Part shown: positions 1 to 13,520 of the stretch, piece by piece
Layout: every line of letters starts with the position of its first letter
How positions within the stretch are numbered: the stretch's first letter is position 1
Assembly (NCBI RefSeq): GCF_006345805.1
Contig: NC_042997.1
Span: forward strand, 156,674,001-156,738,000
Length of the DNA stretch: 64,000 nt
Origin: Octopus sinensis
Taxonomy: Eukaryota
Direction of reading: 5' to 3'
The notes under the pieces: generated by a model
The model's database searches: none
The model's input: only the letters and a program-made list of their open reading frames with translations
Told to the model about the DNA's origin: nothing
Translations under genes and position numbers: made by a program

Positions 1-58
<58 letters not shown>

Positions 59-3000
59 CTTGCATATTTCAGTTTCCATCTGCTAAATCTACCCACAAGG
101 CCTTGGTTGGCCTGGGGCTATAGTAGAAGACACTTGCCCAAGATGCCAAGTAGTGGGACTGAAACCAAAACCATGTGGTTGGGAAGCAAGCTTTTTACCA
201 TAGAGAAATTTCTGTTTTTAAATGTCAAAATAATTTAAGTTTCTAGTTTCTTTTTCTTCCTCGATATGTTAAAAAATATACTTTTGATGACTTTTATTCA
301 GCTTTAAGGAGATTACATAATTAATTGTTAAATTTTTGTTAATTAACAAAGGATATAACAAATAAATATATCAATAAGTGGTTTATTCAAGGCTGTAACT
401 TGTAGTGTCATTTCCTGAAGGCTAAGCTTGTTTTAAGTTGCTATTATCATGATGAATGATTGCTTGAACTTTTAATCTTTGAAAAAATCTTTTTTGCAGT
501 TTTTCTGTTAAAAGCCTGTTCAGCTTGAATATCAAAATGTTTTCTTGATAATTAGAGTAAACCTTTGCAGTCTCACATGAAAAAGGCATTACTTCTTTTA
601 ATATCTTCTATTATGTATATATGTATATATATATACATTATTAGTTGCTCAAAGTCGGAAAGAAGCAGCGTACACTAAAAGAAAAACTGAGTGGTTATAC
701 TGTCATATTGTTGAGTAATATGTTTCTGGGTAAGCCCAGTTATATGGCATGACCAAGAATATACTACTCAACAATGTGTGTGTGTAGTTCTATATTTAAG
801 AGTTGAGGAATTATTTACATTAGACCGATATTTGTCCACATCTTGTTTGTTGTTAACACCAGCTGAAATACATACACTACAAGAAAAACTGGTTGTATTG
901 TTTGTTGTTTTGCATATCAGAGGATGAAATTCATGAGAAGACACTGTGAGACAGGTCTAGTCTATATTATTCCATGGAAAAATTAACATTAAAAAAATAT
1001 GAGGAAATGATGCTAATTTTCACATGCACTTGTTTACAATATTGTACATTTACTTAGTGGTTCTCTCAACTTTACTTTGGCAAACAGAGTTAAATCTCTG
1101 ATTTGATGAGGTGTTTTATTAAGATTTCTTCAGTTGAAGTGTAATTTTTCTTTGGAGTTGACTCCATATTTGCTGGAATGATAAAAATATTTTCCATTAA
1201 CTAATATTTAGTATATGTACATACAGATGTACACACATACATACATATATATTTCTTTACTACCCACAAGGGGCTAAACATAGAGGGGACAAACAAGGAC
1301 AGACAAAGGGATTGAGTTGATTACATCAACCCAGTGCGTAACTGGTACTTTATTTATCGACCCCGAGAGGATGAAAGGCAAAGTCGACCTCGGCAGAATT
1401 TTTGAACTCAGAACGTAACAACAGACGAAATACGGCTACGCATTTCGCCCGGCGCGCTAACGTTTCTGCCAGCTACACACATATATACATACATACACAT
1501 GCAAACACACACATACATACATGCATGTATGGGCACACACACTGACTCACTCACATGCGCACAAACAAACAAAAGGGGATGCAGTGTAAATAACGGACAG
1601 AGTTTTGACTATTGAAAAGGTTGCAAGACGCAACGAAAATTTTAGGAAAATAAAAATAAAAAATAAGTGGAAATTTTACCGGTGAGTGTAAGGCACATTA
1701 TAAGGCACAAAAAGAGAATTACTCGCCCCAGACACAACAGAATATGCTTCAACACACGAACTCATATAAAGAATCTTGCAAACCAAATCCCAAAACGAAA
1801 TAATATTTTACTTTACGGCATAATTATTTTTAATTATCTTTTCAATACTCACTACCCTAACCTATGTTAACCTGCATCATCAGCAAGATAAAGAAATCAT
1901 TCATCTACTTTTTGCTGAAAGACAAGAGCATGAGTTGAAGAATGCACCTTGAATATACCACACAAAGGAAAGTAGAAATTTTCCCACAAGTTACCTTGCA
2001 GGATATATCTAGATGTTTTAGTCACTATTCACCTCATTCCCTGCTGCTGAACTAAATATAGTTATCATTTAGCTACATATTTGTTGATATCACAAGTGGC
2101 TGGTACATAATTGATCAGGAATGTACCAAGGAATGATGTGGTTACTTTATATATATGAAAAAGAAATTGTTTTAGTAAAGTAGTGAAAAATACCTTCTGA
2201 GTGTTCTCATTACAATGATAATTGTTGTTGTCATTTGTCATCCTCTTTCTCCTTTTATGTCTATTTTTCCACAGTAATGCAGGTTGGAGGTGTCTCAAAA
2301 AGTCTTGTTCTCATTTTTCAGCAACTACAGTAAAGTAACATATAATAATGGAGAAAGCTAGCCACCTTTGTTGTGTATGTCATTTTTGGCATGGTTTTAT
2401 GGCTAGATACCCCTTTTTAGCACCAACCACTCAACAGTATAAACTGGGTACATGTTATCATACCACTTCCATAAGAGATATCTTTGAAAATACGAAAGAG
2501 TCTTTACAGTCCTAAACTATCCCAAATCTCCCCCCTTTTCTCTCTCTCTCTCTCTTTTTTTTTCGGTATGATTATTACAGTTAGCTGACCTTCCTATCAT
2601 CAAGCACTCTATAGCACATACTGACTGCATTTTATTGTGCTATCCAACCTAAAGAGGTTGTTTCTGATGACTAAGTACTCCTTTCTACCCTATATTTGCA
2701 TTTCTTCCATCATATATAAAAAGACAAAAAATTTCAAATATGCCACTTCAAATAATTTAAAATCCATTGTAACAGATTCTGGAATATATAATATCTATTT
2801 GTGTTATGTGATGGTATGTTATGTTTTATGTTATGGTATGTGTTTGTGTGTTTATATATCATTGCTATCATACAAAAGTATTATGAGTCCAAAATGTTGC
2901 TTTTTTGGAAAACAAAAAAATAGTTCCACCATTCCATTTCTTTTTACATTAGCAACAGTTTCAGCTTAACACAAATACTTTGTTGGGTGCATGAAATCGT

Positions 3001-3479
3001 AAACTCTATGCATATATGATATTTTTAGTCAGAAATATTTTTGCAAAACTAAGCACCATTCGAGTGTGATGGTTACCAGCGTCACCTTACTAGCACTTGT
3101 GCCGGTGTACAGCTGACACGTAAAAAAATAAAAACACTGTTTGGGCGTGGCCATTGCCAGTACTGCCTGACTGGCCCTCGTGCTGATGGCACGTAAAAGC
3201 ACCCACTATACTCTCGGAGTGTGCCAGATCATGATTGGAGCCTGGTGCAGTCAAATCGTCTAATCCATGCTAGCATGGAAAGCAGACGTTAAACGATGAT
3301 GATGTTGTATGTGGGACTTATTACACTTTTGCAAAATACTAAACCACTGTCCAATCTTCATCTGAAGCTGCTGAAGATATGATAGTTTGACCAAATGTAC
3401 CAGCTATTGCGAGCAAAATTAAATACCCTAAAAATGCATTTACTAAATTTGAACATACAACAGTTTAACATAAAAGCAA

Positions 3480-3545
<66 letters not shown>

Positions 3546-3548
<3 letters not shown>

Positions 3549-4733
3549 CAAAATCAAATCAAATCAAATCAAACCAAATCAAAATAGATGAACATCAATG
3601 GAATTTGTATCTTTGTGGTACCAGTACCGGTGGCACACAAGAAAACCATCCGAACATGGCCGTAGCCAGTACCGCATCGACTGGCCTCTGTGATGTGGGC
3701 ACATAACAAACACCATCCGATCGGGCCGTCCGCCAGCCTCATCTGGCACCTGTGTCGGTGGCACATGAAAACACCAACCGAAGACCCGGCAAGACTAGTC
3801 AGGCCATAACCCATGGCCCTACTTGGGACGTAGTCAGTCCACCTGTGCATACCTTCCTTCCTTCTTGTGACACTTGTGAAGACCTGTTGAGGCAAGTGAA
3901 AATCAAATCAAATCAAATCAAAATAGATGAACATCAATGGAATTGTATCTTGTGGTACCAGTGCCGGTGGCACACAAGAAAACCATCCGAATGTGGCCGT
4001 AGCCAGTACCGCATCGACTGGCCTCCGTGCTGTGGGCACGCAACAAACACCATCCGATCGTGCCGTTCGCCAGCCTCATCGGCACCTGTGTCGGTGGCAC
4101 ATAAAAACACCATCCGAAGACCCGGCAAGACTAGTCAGGCCATAACCCGTGGCCCCTACCTGGGACGTAGTCAGTCCACCTGTGCAACCTTCCTTCTTGT
4201 GACACTTGTGAAGACCTGTTGAGGCAAGTGAAAATCAAATCAAATCAAAACAAATCAAAATAGATGAACATCAATGGAATTTGTATCTTGTGGTACCAGT
4301 GCCGGTGGCACACAAGAAAATCATCCGAACGTGGCCGTAGCCAGTACCGCATAGACTGGCCTCCGTGCTTTGGGGACGTAACAAACACCATCCGATCGTG
4401 GCCGTCCGCCAGCCTCATCTGGCACCTGTGTCGGTAGCACATAAAAACACCATCCGAGCGTGGCCGTCTGCCAGCCTCGTCTGGCACCTGTGTCGGTGGC
4501 ACATAAAAACACCATCCGAGCGTGGCCGTTCGCCAGCCTCGTCTGGCACCTGTGTCGGTGGCACATAAAATCACCCACTACACTCTCGGAGTGGTTGGCG
4601 TTAGGAAGGGCATCCAGCTGTAGAAACACTGCCAGATCTGACTGGCCTGGTGCAGCCTTCGGCTCCCCAGACCCCAGTTGAACCGTCCAACCCATGCTAG
4701 CATGGAAAACGGACGCTAAATGATGATGATGAT
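3546..4733 (+). mobile_element. Tandem trimer of an RTE 3'UTR module (about 338-bp period) ending in VNTR, conserved tail and (GAT)n
   Basis: aaaatagatgaacatcaatgg recurs at 3581, 3920 and 4257. 62-bp repeats at 4387, 4449 and 4511. Flanked by (TA)n on both sides. Confidence 0.85.
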
Positions 4734-4984
4734 GATATATATATATATATATAAATTTAGAAAAAGCACCTTTTATCAATTCAAAATGAACAATTAAATT
4801 ACACCATCTAGAAAATTACATTTAATAGAAATATTAAAAATAAAATAACAATAATATACCGATGATTAAGTAAATTGCAAAATAAAAATAATAAACATAT
4901 ATATATATATATGTAATAATATGATTCGTATGGGATTTAATTTGATGATGATGTTATTCAACTTTTTCTTTGTATTTCTTTCAG

Positions 4985-5210
4985 TTTGATGCTGAATTTC
5001 GCCGATTTGCCATTGATAAAGATGGCAACTACCAGTTCGAGGACTTCCATGAACTGGTGGAAAAACTTCATCAGCTTCATCGCATTCCATTTGTGATTAC
5101 CTATACAGACCCAGCCCATGGTGATCTGCTTCCTATTAATAATAAAGACAATTATTTAAAGGCTGTCTCTACAGCTCGACCATTGTTACGGCTACAAGTG
5201 CAGCGGAAAG
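4985..5210 (+). CDS. PARD6: Par-6 coding exon (PB1 domain); internal exon, phase 0 acceptor / phase 1 donor
   Basis: Acceptor tttctttcag|TTTGAT at 4985 and donor AAAG|gtcagt at 5211. Translates FDAEFRRFAIDKDG...YTDPAHGDLLPINNKDNYLKAVSTARPLLRLQVQRK, the Par-6 PB1 signature. 226 nt = 75 codons + 1. Confidence 0.96.
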
Positions 5211-5459
5211 GTCAGTTTTTTTTTGTTTTTAGATGTTTAATAAATGATAATTTATTAATAATTGATAAATATTCAAAACCAGGATTATGTACATCAATCC
5301 CAGTCAGTGATACAGTTTGTTCACTTTTTCTACAAAGTCTCATTCTCTTTATTTACTAAGACTTGTTCACTTTACTAGGGCTGGTTCAGTATTTACTAGG
5401 TATAGTCTTTCAGTTGCTTCCCTTCACTCTTAGGATTTGTATTGAGGTAAAGCGAGTGA

Positions 5460-5790
5460 TAACTATCTATCTATCTAACTGGGTGGCCGGCTGACTGGCT
5501 ATCTGTCTGTCTGTCTGGCTATCTAACCATCTGTCTGTCTGTCTAACTATTTGTCTGTCTGTTTGTCTAACTATCTGTCTGTCTAACTATCTAATTATCT
5601 ATCTGTCTGTCTAACTATCTATCTATCTGTCTGTCTAACTATCCATCTATCTATCTATCTGTCTGTCTAACTATCTATCTATCTGTCTGTCTGTCTAACT
5701 GTTTATCTGTCTGTCTGTCTAACTGTTTATCTGTCTGTCTGACTATCTAACTATCTGTCTGTCTAACTATCTATCCATCTACCTGCCTGC
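5460..5790. repeat. Compound (TCTA)/(TCTG) microsatellite with aactat spacers
   Basis: Directly visible. Confidence 0.9.
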
Positions 5791-7269
5791 CTGTGTGTGT
5801 GTGAACATTGCTTCTCAATTTGTGATTGTGAAAATTGATGAATATAGAGTTCATTGACCATTTGAAACAGCTGTAAAGATGTAACTTCTCTTTCCATACC
5901 TAATTAAGTTTCTATCTACCTTGAGGTAGATTTTCTATCTACCTTGAGGAGCCATCTGGACACCTCATCTCACCATTTATCTCTTTGCAGCTCCTCTACA
6001 TGAGATTTCTTCCCCTCTCATATTTTAACCACTCATCTTTTAGCATAAAGCTGTTCTCTTCCCTTGGGGTTCACAGTCTTGCAACATGCATGGTGACCTC
6101 TCCAGTGTTAGTGGCATAAAAAAAAACACCCAATACATACTGTACAGTGGTTGGCATTAGGAAGGGTACCCAGCCATAGAAACTATGCAAAATGCAGACA
6201 CTGGAATATGATGCAGTCCTTGGACCCATCAGATCCTGCCAAACATTCCAATCCATGCCAGTGTGGAAGATGGAGATTAAATGATGAACTAAATGATAAG
6301 GATTACCATCATCATTATCATCGTTTTAATGTCCATTTTTCCCATACTTGCTTGGATTGAACTAAGGTCATTGAGGCAGATTTTTATAGCTGGATACCCT
6401 TATTGTTGCTAACACTTAACCTGTTTCCAAGAAAGGTAATATTTTCCCATGATCAGATGTGATGTTGCAGAATATTGGAAATGAATGATATTCACTTACA
6501 ACAATCACATAATGTCAAGACAAAAACACACACACACACACGTCACTAAAGTGACTAAGGGTACTAATCAGCACTAGTATTGCTAGAAATAAAAGCCAAA
6601 ATAATTCAATAGCCATGAAAAGCACTATCTTAATGACTGACAGGGGAGGTAAGCTTCCTATAGCAGCAGGCATAGCCAGATCATCGATGATTTTGCATTC
6701 CTTTGTTACATTAGTGACATCTATATTTCTGCCTTTAAGTTGTAAAATTGTGAATAAGCCACCCATATATATATATATACATACATACATACATATATAT
6801 ATATGTATGTATGTATATGTATAGGTGCAGGCGTGGCTGTGTGGTAAGAAGGTTTATTGCCTCAAAAGGTTTTTGTATAGCAAAAATGTAAGAGGTTTAT
6901 TGCCTCATTAATGTGTTTTTTCTTTTCTTTGTTTTTGAACTGTGTAAGAGGTTTATTGCCTCGATATGATACTTTAAAAGAACAATGTTTTAGAGAAGCA
7001 AAAGTCGGCAGGCGCTTTTCGTCTTCTCCCATCCTTATCATCCTTGTATCATTATCATTCATCTCATTAATGTCCGTGTCCAACCCACAAGCTTCCTTAC
7101 TCTATGTACTGCCTTTATGGCAAATTTAATAAAATAAAGAAGCTTGCTTCCCAATCATATGGTTCTGGGTTCAGTCCCACTGCATGGCACCTTCAGCAAG
7201 TGTCTTCTACTATAGCTTCAGGCTGACCAAAGCCTTGAGTGGATTTGGTAGACAGAAACTGAAAGAAGT

Positions 7270-7308
<39 letters not shown>

Positions 7309-9027
7309 CTGTGCATGTGTCTGTAATTATACCCCCCCCCCACCATCACTTGACAACTGATGCTGGTGCGTTTACGTCCCCATCACTTAGCAGTTTAGCA
7401 AATGATACCAATAGAATAAGTCAACTAAAGCCTGTGAGTGGATTTGGTTGACGGAAATTGGAAGAAGCCTGTCATATATATATGTGTATATATGTTTGTC
7501 CCCCCACCATCATCTGACAACTGATGTTGGTGTGTTTAAATCCCTGTAACTTAGCGGGTTGGTAATAAGAAACCGATAGAATAAGTACTAGGTTTACAAA
7601 GAATAAGTCATGGGGTCGATTTGTTTGACTAAAGGTGGTACTCCAGCATGGCTGCAGTCAAATGACTGAAACAAGTAAAAGAATAAGAGAATATATGACA
7701 AATTTCTTTTCAGTTTCCCTCTATCAAATCCACTCACATGGCCTTGGTTGGTCCAAAACTGTAGTAGAAGACACTTGCCCAAGGTGCCACACAGTGGGAC
7801 TGAACTCAAAACCATGTGGTTGGGAAACAAACTTCTTAACCACACAGCCTCATTGTGACAGAAAGAGCATATCTCTTGTTCATCCAACAGGCTATTTTGA
7901 GGATTGAGAATCAATAAATATGAGTATACTACCATATAAATAACTGGTGGCTTACTGAGATTCTTTTACTAGTCTCAGCCATTGGGTTGTGTCTATTCTG
8001 GTACCATTATATAGATTTGTATACTGCAATATGACTTGATGTAACTTCAGTGTTTAGAATAAAAGGAATCAATACAATAGCCGGTATCTGTTTTATGGAT
8101 TTTGTGTTGTCTTTTAGAAAGGCATTCCTAAAAATGTCTTGAATATTTGATTTTTACTTTTATCAGTAAAGTCAAACAATGATTCTTATAAACATTGCTG
8201 AAATAATAATTGGGTTATAAAATGTATAGAATTATGGGTTGGTGAAATGGATAAGCAAGAAAATGAAACATCGGTATTTTCCTGTTGTTCTTCTAGAGTG
8301 TAACTAATATGGTGACATATTTAATATGATAAAAATTGACTCTTATGAAATAGCTATATAATTTCCTGGTTTTAATTAGAGACACAGGCATAGCTGTGTG
8401 GGTATGAAGTTCACTTCACAATCATGTGGTTTCTGGTTCAGTCCTACTTCACAGTACCTATGGCATTTTCTACTATAGCCTTGGGCTGACAAATGCCTTG
8501 TGGTTGTGACGTTGTGTGGAACCCTGTCTTGTGTGTATGTATACACACAGACACACGCACACATTGATTTCCCTTAAGCATAGTGATACCAACAACCAGT
8601 TGTTAAAACTCAATATTCTAATGCTTTGACATTGTCAGGAGAGTACAGTGCGTAATATCAATAAATCAATTGCAAAAGAACAGGAGTTATATAATCACCT
8701 TCATTAGACTATGGTTTTTTTTGCTATAAGAAACAGTGAACTCTGAGCTGAGTGCTTGTGCAACATCTTATAGCTTCTGTAGAGCTATTAGAATTGTGTA
8801 TGTTTATTTTTTCATCACCATTGTTTAATGTCCACTTTCCATGCTGGCATGGGTTGGACAGTTTGACATGGAGCTGGTTAACAAGGAGCTGTCCAAATTC
8901 CAATTGCCTATTCTGGCATGATTTCTATGGCTGGATGCCCTTCCTAAAACCAAGGAGTTAAATCATAATTTACACACACACATATTGAGTTACTATAGAA
9001 TTTATTGTTGTCTAACAATAGTTACAA

Positions 9028-9393
9028 CTAGCACTATGCCGGGTCATAGTGCTAGTGCATGCATATACAGCTGCGTGCATGTGCACATACATGCGAGTAC
9101 TGTCCAAATCTCCGACCAATCACATACAGCTAGCAAGCTTTCAATTGGCGTATCAAGTTTCGGGCATTTTGATTGGATTTTGGATAGAAAATTCACAAAA
9201 AAGTCACTTCTATTGATTTTTTTAATGGCTTTGCGGGGTGACTGGGGAAATGTAAAGATGTGCATGACCACTCTTGGACGGTTTTGAATCACCATAGAAA
9301 GTGTGAGCCCTCTAACTGAAAAATTGTGGATTTGTATAAAGGACATGCACACACACACACACACAGATATTTTGCCGCTTATATATAGAGAGA
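9028..9393 (-). mobile_element. Non-autonomous Helitron-like element
   Basis: Minus strand starts A|TCTCTCTATATATAA, carries (TG)n, and ends with hairpin agcactatg-acccgg-catagtgct and CTAG|T. A/T target, no TSD. Confidence 0.7.
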
Positions 9394-12141
9394 TGATGTC
9401 TCCTTAACTTGCTGAGGTTTCTTAAACTGGTGTTAAGTTCTAGATACTGAAGTATTTGGCAGATGAAAGACAGAAATCTTCCCTATACCATTAAACATTC
9501 CTCAATTCTGCTTAAGAATCTACTCTAAAGAATTAATTGCTCTCCTTAGTATAACAAAAATGCTTGTTGTGTATATATGAACTCAAAATCTATAACTTGG
9601 TTATTTTACTTCAAATGTTTGATTCCAAAATATAGAAGATTAGAAAACTCATATTATTGATTGCAGATTACTTACAGATACAGTGGCATTGTAAAATACG
9701 TGTCTTGGTTCTTAGCTCATAAGTTTAGATTGTGAGTGAAAGTACTGTGGATTGAAGTAAGATGCTTAAGCAACTTTACTTATATTTCCAATCCACCAAG
9801 TTGAACCACTGAGAGAAGCAGGTACGATGTGATTGAACAAACTTTTAGAAATAGCAATCAAATCTTACTCAGATCTTGCCATACCCCACTCAAAAAAGGG
9901 AAGGACACTAGATGATCTCATGGATATACAAAAAGATAGTTTGGTCAGTGCTGGAATGTTCTTGATTTAAGGCTTTGTTCAATCAGGGTTGACCTGAGAC
10001 TAAAGATAACATCAGCAACATATTGAAATGCTGTTAAATAGAATGATAATTAATCCTTGATCAGAGCTAACCTGGGGCTAAACACATTTGAATGTTACAT
10101 TCTTAGTTATATCTTATTGTTATACACACAATAGTTGTAATGTATTGTTATATACACATTAATTGGAGAGTCACTCAGTAATATTTATGTAGAATATCAA
10201 AATTTATTTTTACAAGAAAATAGTCAGTAACTTTGGATTTTATTGTTCATTGGCTTCCTCAGACTGTCTGCTAAATCAACAAACAACAAAACTTGAAAGT
10301 CACTGTCAAACTTTTTCCTTATAAAAATACTGCTAAATGTAATAATAATGATTTTATCTTTTCAGAAACCTCACATATAACATAAGCTTGAATAACTTTT
10401 AGTAGTTTTGTGTTCAGAATTGTTTATGGGAATGAACTGAAAGCTTCATTAAAACAGATATTTAATTTTTTTATGGTTTAATGAGAGTAGGAAAGACAGT
10501 GCACATGACCTTTTGCAGACTGGTGAGAGTAAGCAAGAAATATCTCGATATTTTCAGACTGGGGACCTGGTTTGGTCCAATGCTTGTGACAGAGTGGACA
10601 TTGTTGTTAAAGGCACCTAAGTACCAAATTGTGGCATTGAACTAAATTAATAAAACCACTGGGACAGCTTTACTTTAACTAAACTGGTGTATATAGACAT
10701 GTTAAAAAAGCCATTAAGTAAAACTAGCAAAGTAGTTAAAGTAGTTTGTACTGTACAGTGAGGAAGGTGGTTTCTTTTGAGTGTTCATACTTTGGTCAAA
10801 ATCAAACTCATTCAAAGTATGTGAATTATTAGAAACATTCCATATAGGCATAGGCATTGCTATGTGGTTAAGAAGAAGCTTGTTTATGAGCTATGTGAGG
10901 GTTCAGTTTCACTGCGTGGTACCTTAGGCAAACATCTACTATTGCCTTGAGAGTGGATTTGGTAGACGGAAACTAGAAGAAGCCCATCTTTGCATGGCTT
11001 AGTGGTTAGGGTGTTGGACTCATGATTGCAAAATTGTGGTTTTGATTCATGGACTGGGTGATGTGTTGTATTCTTGAGCAAAATACTTCATGTTGCTCCA
11101 ATCCACTCATCTGGTAAAAGTGGGTAATCTTGCAACATATTGGCAACTCATCCAAGGAAGAATATATATATCAGAGAAACTGGGAAATGGACCCATTCAT
11201 TGCTCCTTATGGAGTAATGTGGACTAGCCATGTGTGTGTGTGTGTGTGTGTGTGTGTCTTTGTCTTGACATCACCAGATAGCTACAAGCAAGTATCACCA
11301 TCATACAAGCAATTTTGTTCATTTCTAGTATTCCACAAAAAAATCATATCAAGGGGAAATATTACCTGACCGGGAAATGATTTAAGGTTGGTTACAGGAA
11401 TGTCATCCATCCAAAAAACACTACCTCAGAATAGCTCTCCAGCTCATGCCAATAGGGAAAAGATAATGTAAAATGCTGATAAATGATAAAGAGGAAAGAA
11501 TGAGATTTGGTATGATTTTAATGCGTAAAATAAATGATGATGGTAGACATAAATTCCAGAGCAAATTAACTGTATACATTTTGCTCTGTAATAATTACAT
11601 TTGATGTTTTTACATGAAACAAGAGAAACTATATTCACTATAGTTTTTAATGGTTTGTAAGATGTCATCATACTAAAAGTGAAGTCTGGCGTAACATAGT
11701 AAATTCCATTGTCTCGACCACTATCGAATAATGATGGTGATGAAAAGTCAGACTTCATTGCTTATTTAATTAATTTTAATTAAAATTTTAGGATTGCCTT
11801 GCCTTTGTTTAATTTTTTTTAATTAATTATTTCCATAATGATTATTAAGGTTGTGAATCTAATATTTTTTGTCTTACTAATATTGTCCACTTTGCTAAGT
11901 TTTCATGCAATAATTTGTAGATATGATATAGCCAGGTGGATAAGGTACTGGATTAACTACTCAGAGATTAAATATATCTGCAACAAGTGTTTCCTTCTGC
12001 TTATGTATGAAATGATTTAATTTTACATAAGGAGCAATAATTCATGTTGAGAAGCAGTGTCATATTTTCTGCGAATGTTACCTGCAAATAATGTTGTTTT
12101 ATCCAAAGAGAGCAGATTCACTTTTTCATCTTCATGACATT

Positions 12142-12445
12142 GTTGTTTGTTCCTTCTCGAGCCACGACTGGCTCATAGGGCCAGTTTCCCAGTTTCCTTG
12201 GCATATAGGTTCCCTACCTGGACGGGACGCCGGTCTGTCGCAGGTGAGCTGCTAGATGCAGGAGGAAAGAGTGAGAGAAAGTTGTGGCGAAAGAATCAGC
12301 AGAAGTTCGCCATTACCTTCTGCTGGAGCCACGTGGAACTTAGGTGTTTCACACATAATCACACACATCGCCCAATCTGAGATTTGAACCCATGATCCCT
12401 CAACCGCGAGTCCACTGCTCTAACCACAAGGCCATGTGCCTCCAC
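12142..12445 (-). mobile_element. Intact tRNA-derived SINE with V-domain-like core and 9-bp TSD
   Basis: Head gtggaggcacatggccttgtggttagagc...gggttcaaatct; cctgcgacagaccggcgtcccgtccagg resembles the V-SINE domain (from memory); catgacatt at 12133-41 and 12449-57. Confidence 0.75.
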
Positions 12446-13084
12446 CTACATGACATTAGTTGATAAAAATTTTTGTCATTAGATGTAACTAGTGCTATAG
12501 AGCAATGGGTACATTTCCAGGGTACATCTGACACTATTAAACAACTGTTGCTGTTGTTATTACTGTTGTTTAGCGCCATAGCAATGTTGATATATTAGAC
12601 CCATAATTGCAGCTGCTCCACCAGTGACCATTACATGTTGTTTTCAAGTGTATTTTACATTATCCAATATGTCCTCCCATTTCAGATGACAGGGTGTAAT
12701 TTGAGAAAGATCTGGCTGATATATCCAGCAGGTCAAGCAATCTCATAGTACCTCTGATTGTTAGTTTTAATCATTGTTAATAACTGTTTAGTTTCACTCT
12801 TGGCCTGAAGATATATCACTCTGGTTCATATAAGATAAGTACCAGGTACATATTTTGTTTTGTTTTTCAATGAGTGAACCCAGATGCTCCCAGCAAGTAA
12901 CCTCCAGAAAGCATGATCGTCCAAAGCAATAACTTGATTTTGCAAATTTTGTAAACCTAGTGTCTTGTACTAGTTGGTTGGTGTGCATAAATCTTTAGCT
13001 GTGAGTTGGCTTTCATAGTCACAACAGATGTACTACTTCATCTTTGTATTTCCCACATCATCATCATCTGATCGTATTTGCTCA

Positions 13085-13520
13085 TGCATTTTTAACCCCC
13101 ACACACTAGCCCTCTCAGTCTTGCATCAATTGAGGAAGGTCTTCAGATATATAGCCAGTTTCTCTGGTGAGCTGATATACATACATTCTCTTCAGATGAC
13201 CTGCTTTGGCATCCATAGCTGTAGGGCACTTGCCAGCTCTTGTTTGGCTTGCTAGCAATGTCCCACAATTCATAAGTGCCTTTCCCTTATAATGGTGGAA
13301 ACAGGCAAGAAATCTCAATTAGGTTGTTTCTTGGTGGGATGAGTTCTCCATACTGCTCTTAAGATTCAGGTGTCTGTTCCATCTAGCTTGGATTACAGTT
13401 TTTTGGTAAGCATCTAGTTTGTTGCTCCATATAAAAGGACTGACTACTGTTGCACAAAAAAAAATTTGTCTTAAGGTTGTCTGATAGGGTTGATTTCCAG
13501 TCATCTAGTTTGTTTAGAAC
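13085..13520 (-). mobile_element. Ancient RTE-like LINE C-terminal remnant in par-6 intron
   Basis: Frameshift-tolerant translation ATVxSxLLYGAT..LTKKL.SKLDGT.T..LRAV.W..HPT...IIRER.L...GHC and ...YIYQLTRETGY..EDLPQLMQD resembles RTE ORF ends. Confidence 0.6.

Noticed and set aside
3395-4779. Cluster of overlapping ORFs up to 156 aa
   Set aside because: They are translations of the tandem RTE 3'UTR repeats with no protein signature.
1-4984. par-6 first coding exon (expected to end in ...VKSK, phase 0); donor-like ACCG|GTGAGT at 1682 and acceptor-like ttttccacag at 2274
   Set aside because: No frame gives the VEVKSK-like peptide. The isolated splice-like sites have no supported partner, so exon 1 is probably upstream of the window.
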